From Podarcis bocagei (taxonomy: Eukaryota), in NCBI GenBank assembly GCA_964188305.1, contig OZ076888.1: a stretch of 64,000 nucleotides of DNA. One strand, 5' to 3'. This document shows positions 62,686-64,000 of the stretch, one piece after another (position 1 is the stretch's first letter; every line of letters starts with the position of its first letter). The translations under genes were made by a program, and so were the position numbers. The notes under the pieces are model-generated. The model was not told where the DNA came from and searched no databases. It saw nothing but the letters and a program-made list of their open reading frames with translations.

Positions 62686-64000
62686 CCTTGGCTCAACCAT
62701 TGAGCTCACTTTAGGACCTTGAGTCAGTCACTCTCAGCCCTAACCAACTTCATAGGGTTGTTGTGAGGTTAAGGGGACTGGGGAAATCTTGAGATCCTTG
62801 GTGGAGGGATGGGAGTGAAATCTAATACAGTGTTAAAAATAATAATAATACATTAAAAAAATCTGCTGCTTGAGCATCTTACAGATTAATCTATTAAGCA
62901 ATAAAGCCCTAATATCCACGTCTTCCGTGAAGTGCTTGTTCTAATTTGGCAATGGAAGCTTGGTACTTGTGTATGCTGAGGTTCTCCAACTGAGCTCTCA
63001 TAGTAACTGCAGAGAGGTTTGAAAATATAATAGAAAAAACTACCCAGCAAAGAGCCTGGAAGCTAAGTTGCAAATTAAGAGGCACCCAGATTAATTGTTT
63101 CCCCCCCCAATTACTATTCTGTTTAATTCCCTCCAGCAAGGTTTTAAAGAGTTGATTCAAAAGCTCTTCTTCGCCCTTTTAGACTAAGAAAAAAAGCTCA
63201 TGTCCACAAACATAGCTTGGGATTCATAATGCAAATTATGTTACGCATGCGAACGGAAAAATGGAAAATATTTGTGACTGTCAATATGGTTTATTTCTGT
63301 TGCAAGGCCCTGGATTAGTTCTTTGCAGTATGCTATCCAGATGGGCATTATCGCATGACATTACACAAAATTCCAAAGATCAGGCATGTGCTGTGAAAAA
63401 AACACTTCCTTTGGTTCATGTGATAGTGTTGCAAGTTCTCTACTCCTGGTATGTGTGAAACGATAAACAAATCTATCATAATTGCTTGTAATTCCTGAGT
63501 TTATATACATGAATCCTCCAGAGCCATTTCTGTTGAGAAGTTTGAGAGCTGTGATGTTGTTAGTGATGAGCTGGCATCTTTGCTTGTGGCAAAATGATAT
63601 ACGAAGCTGTTCTCTTATTTTTTTGTTCCCCAGATTTCTGGTAGCCAAAACACACTTTCTTTCTGAATTGAAGGCACATTTCCTGTTGCACCAATAAATA
63701 GTTTCCATTAGCATGAAAAAGTAAAAAGGATTCTGAACAAACCACTCCACATTTGCACAGCAGCTTCCTGGAGCTTGGGCCACTGCTACCCTACAACAAG
63801 CAGCATTTTAAAGTGTAATAAAAAGGCAAAAACTTGCTGCCACCACAGTAGCATACCCTCAAACATTCAACAGATGAAAATAGAGACAGATTACAATAGG
63901 GAAAAAAGGGAAATGCAGATTCTCCGCCCTCCTTCTCCAAACCTGGTAAGACCTTACCCAGTTTTAGGAAGGAGGTGCGATGCTCTGACAGGTTCTGAGA

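Overview
Vertebrate genomic DNA from a squamate reptile, probably a lacertid lizard (inferred from Sauria SINEs, Bov-B and Penelope-type repeats). It covers the head-to-head A1CF/PRKG1 locus. On the minus strand are seven coding exons of A1CF (ATG at 10061, three RRMs; the gene runs off the left edge) plus a probable non-coding exon 1 and liver/gut-type promoter near 19.1-19.3 kb. On the plus strand is the alpha-isoform first coding exon of PRKG1 (55541-55806) in a CpG island, with intron 1 running off the right edge. The rest is intronic or intergenic and rich in transposons: Sauria SINEs, Bov-B, L2, CR1, hAT and Tc1/mariner MITEs, and a solo LTR. There is a 131-N assembly gap. The most notable non-genic items are a short Penelope-type insertion carrying an intact minimal hammerhead-ribozyme core, itself interrupted by a satellite-bearing MITE (29.7-31.35 kb), and an unexplained ~210-nt highly base-paired element at 25.2-25.4 kb. 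I found no convincing wholly new gene system. All homology statements are from recalled sequences, not database searches.
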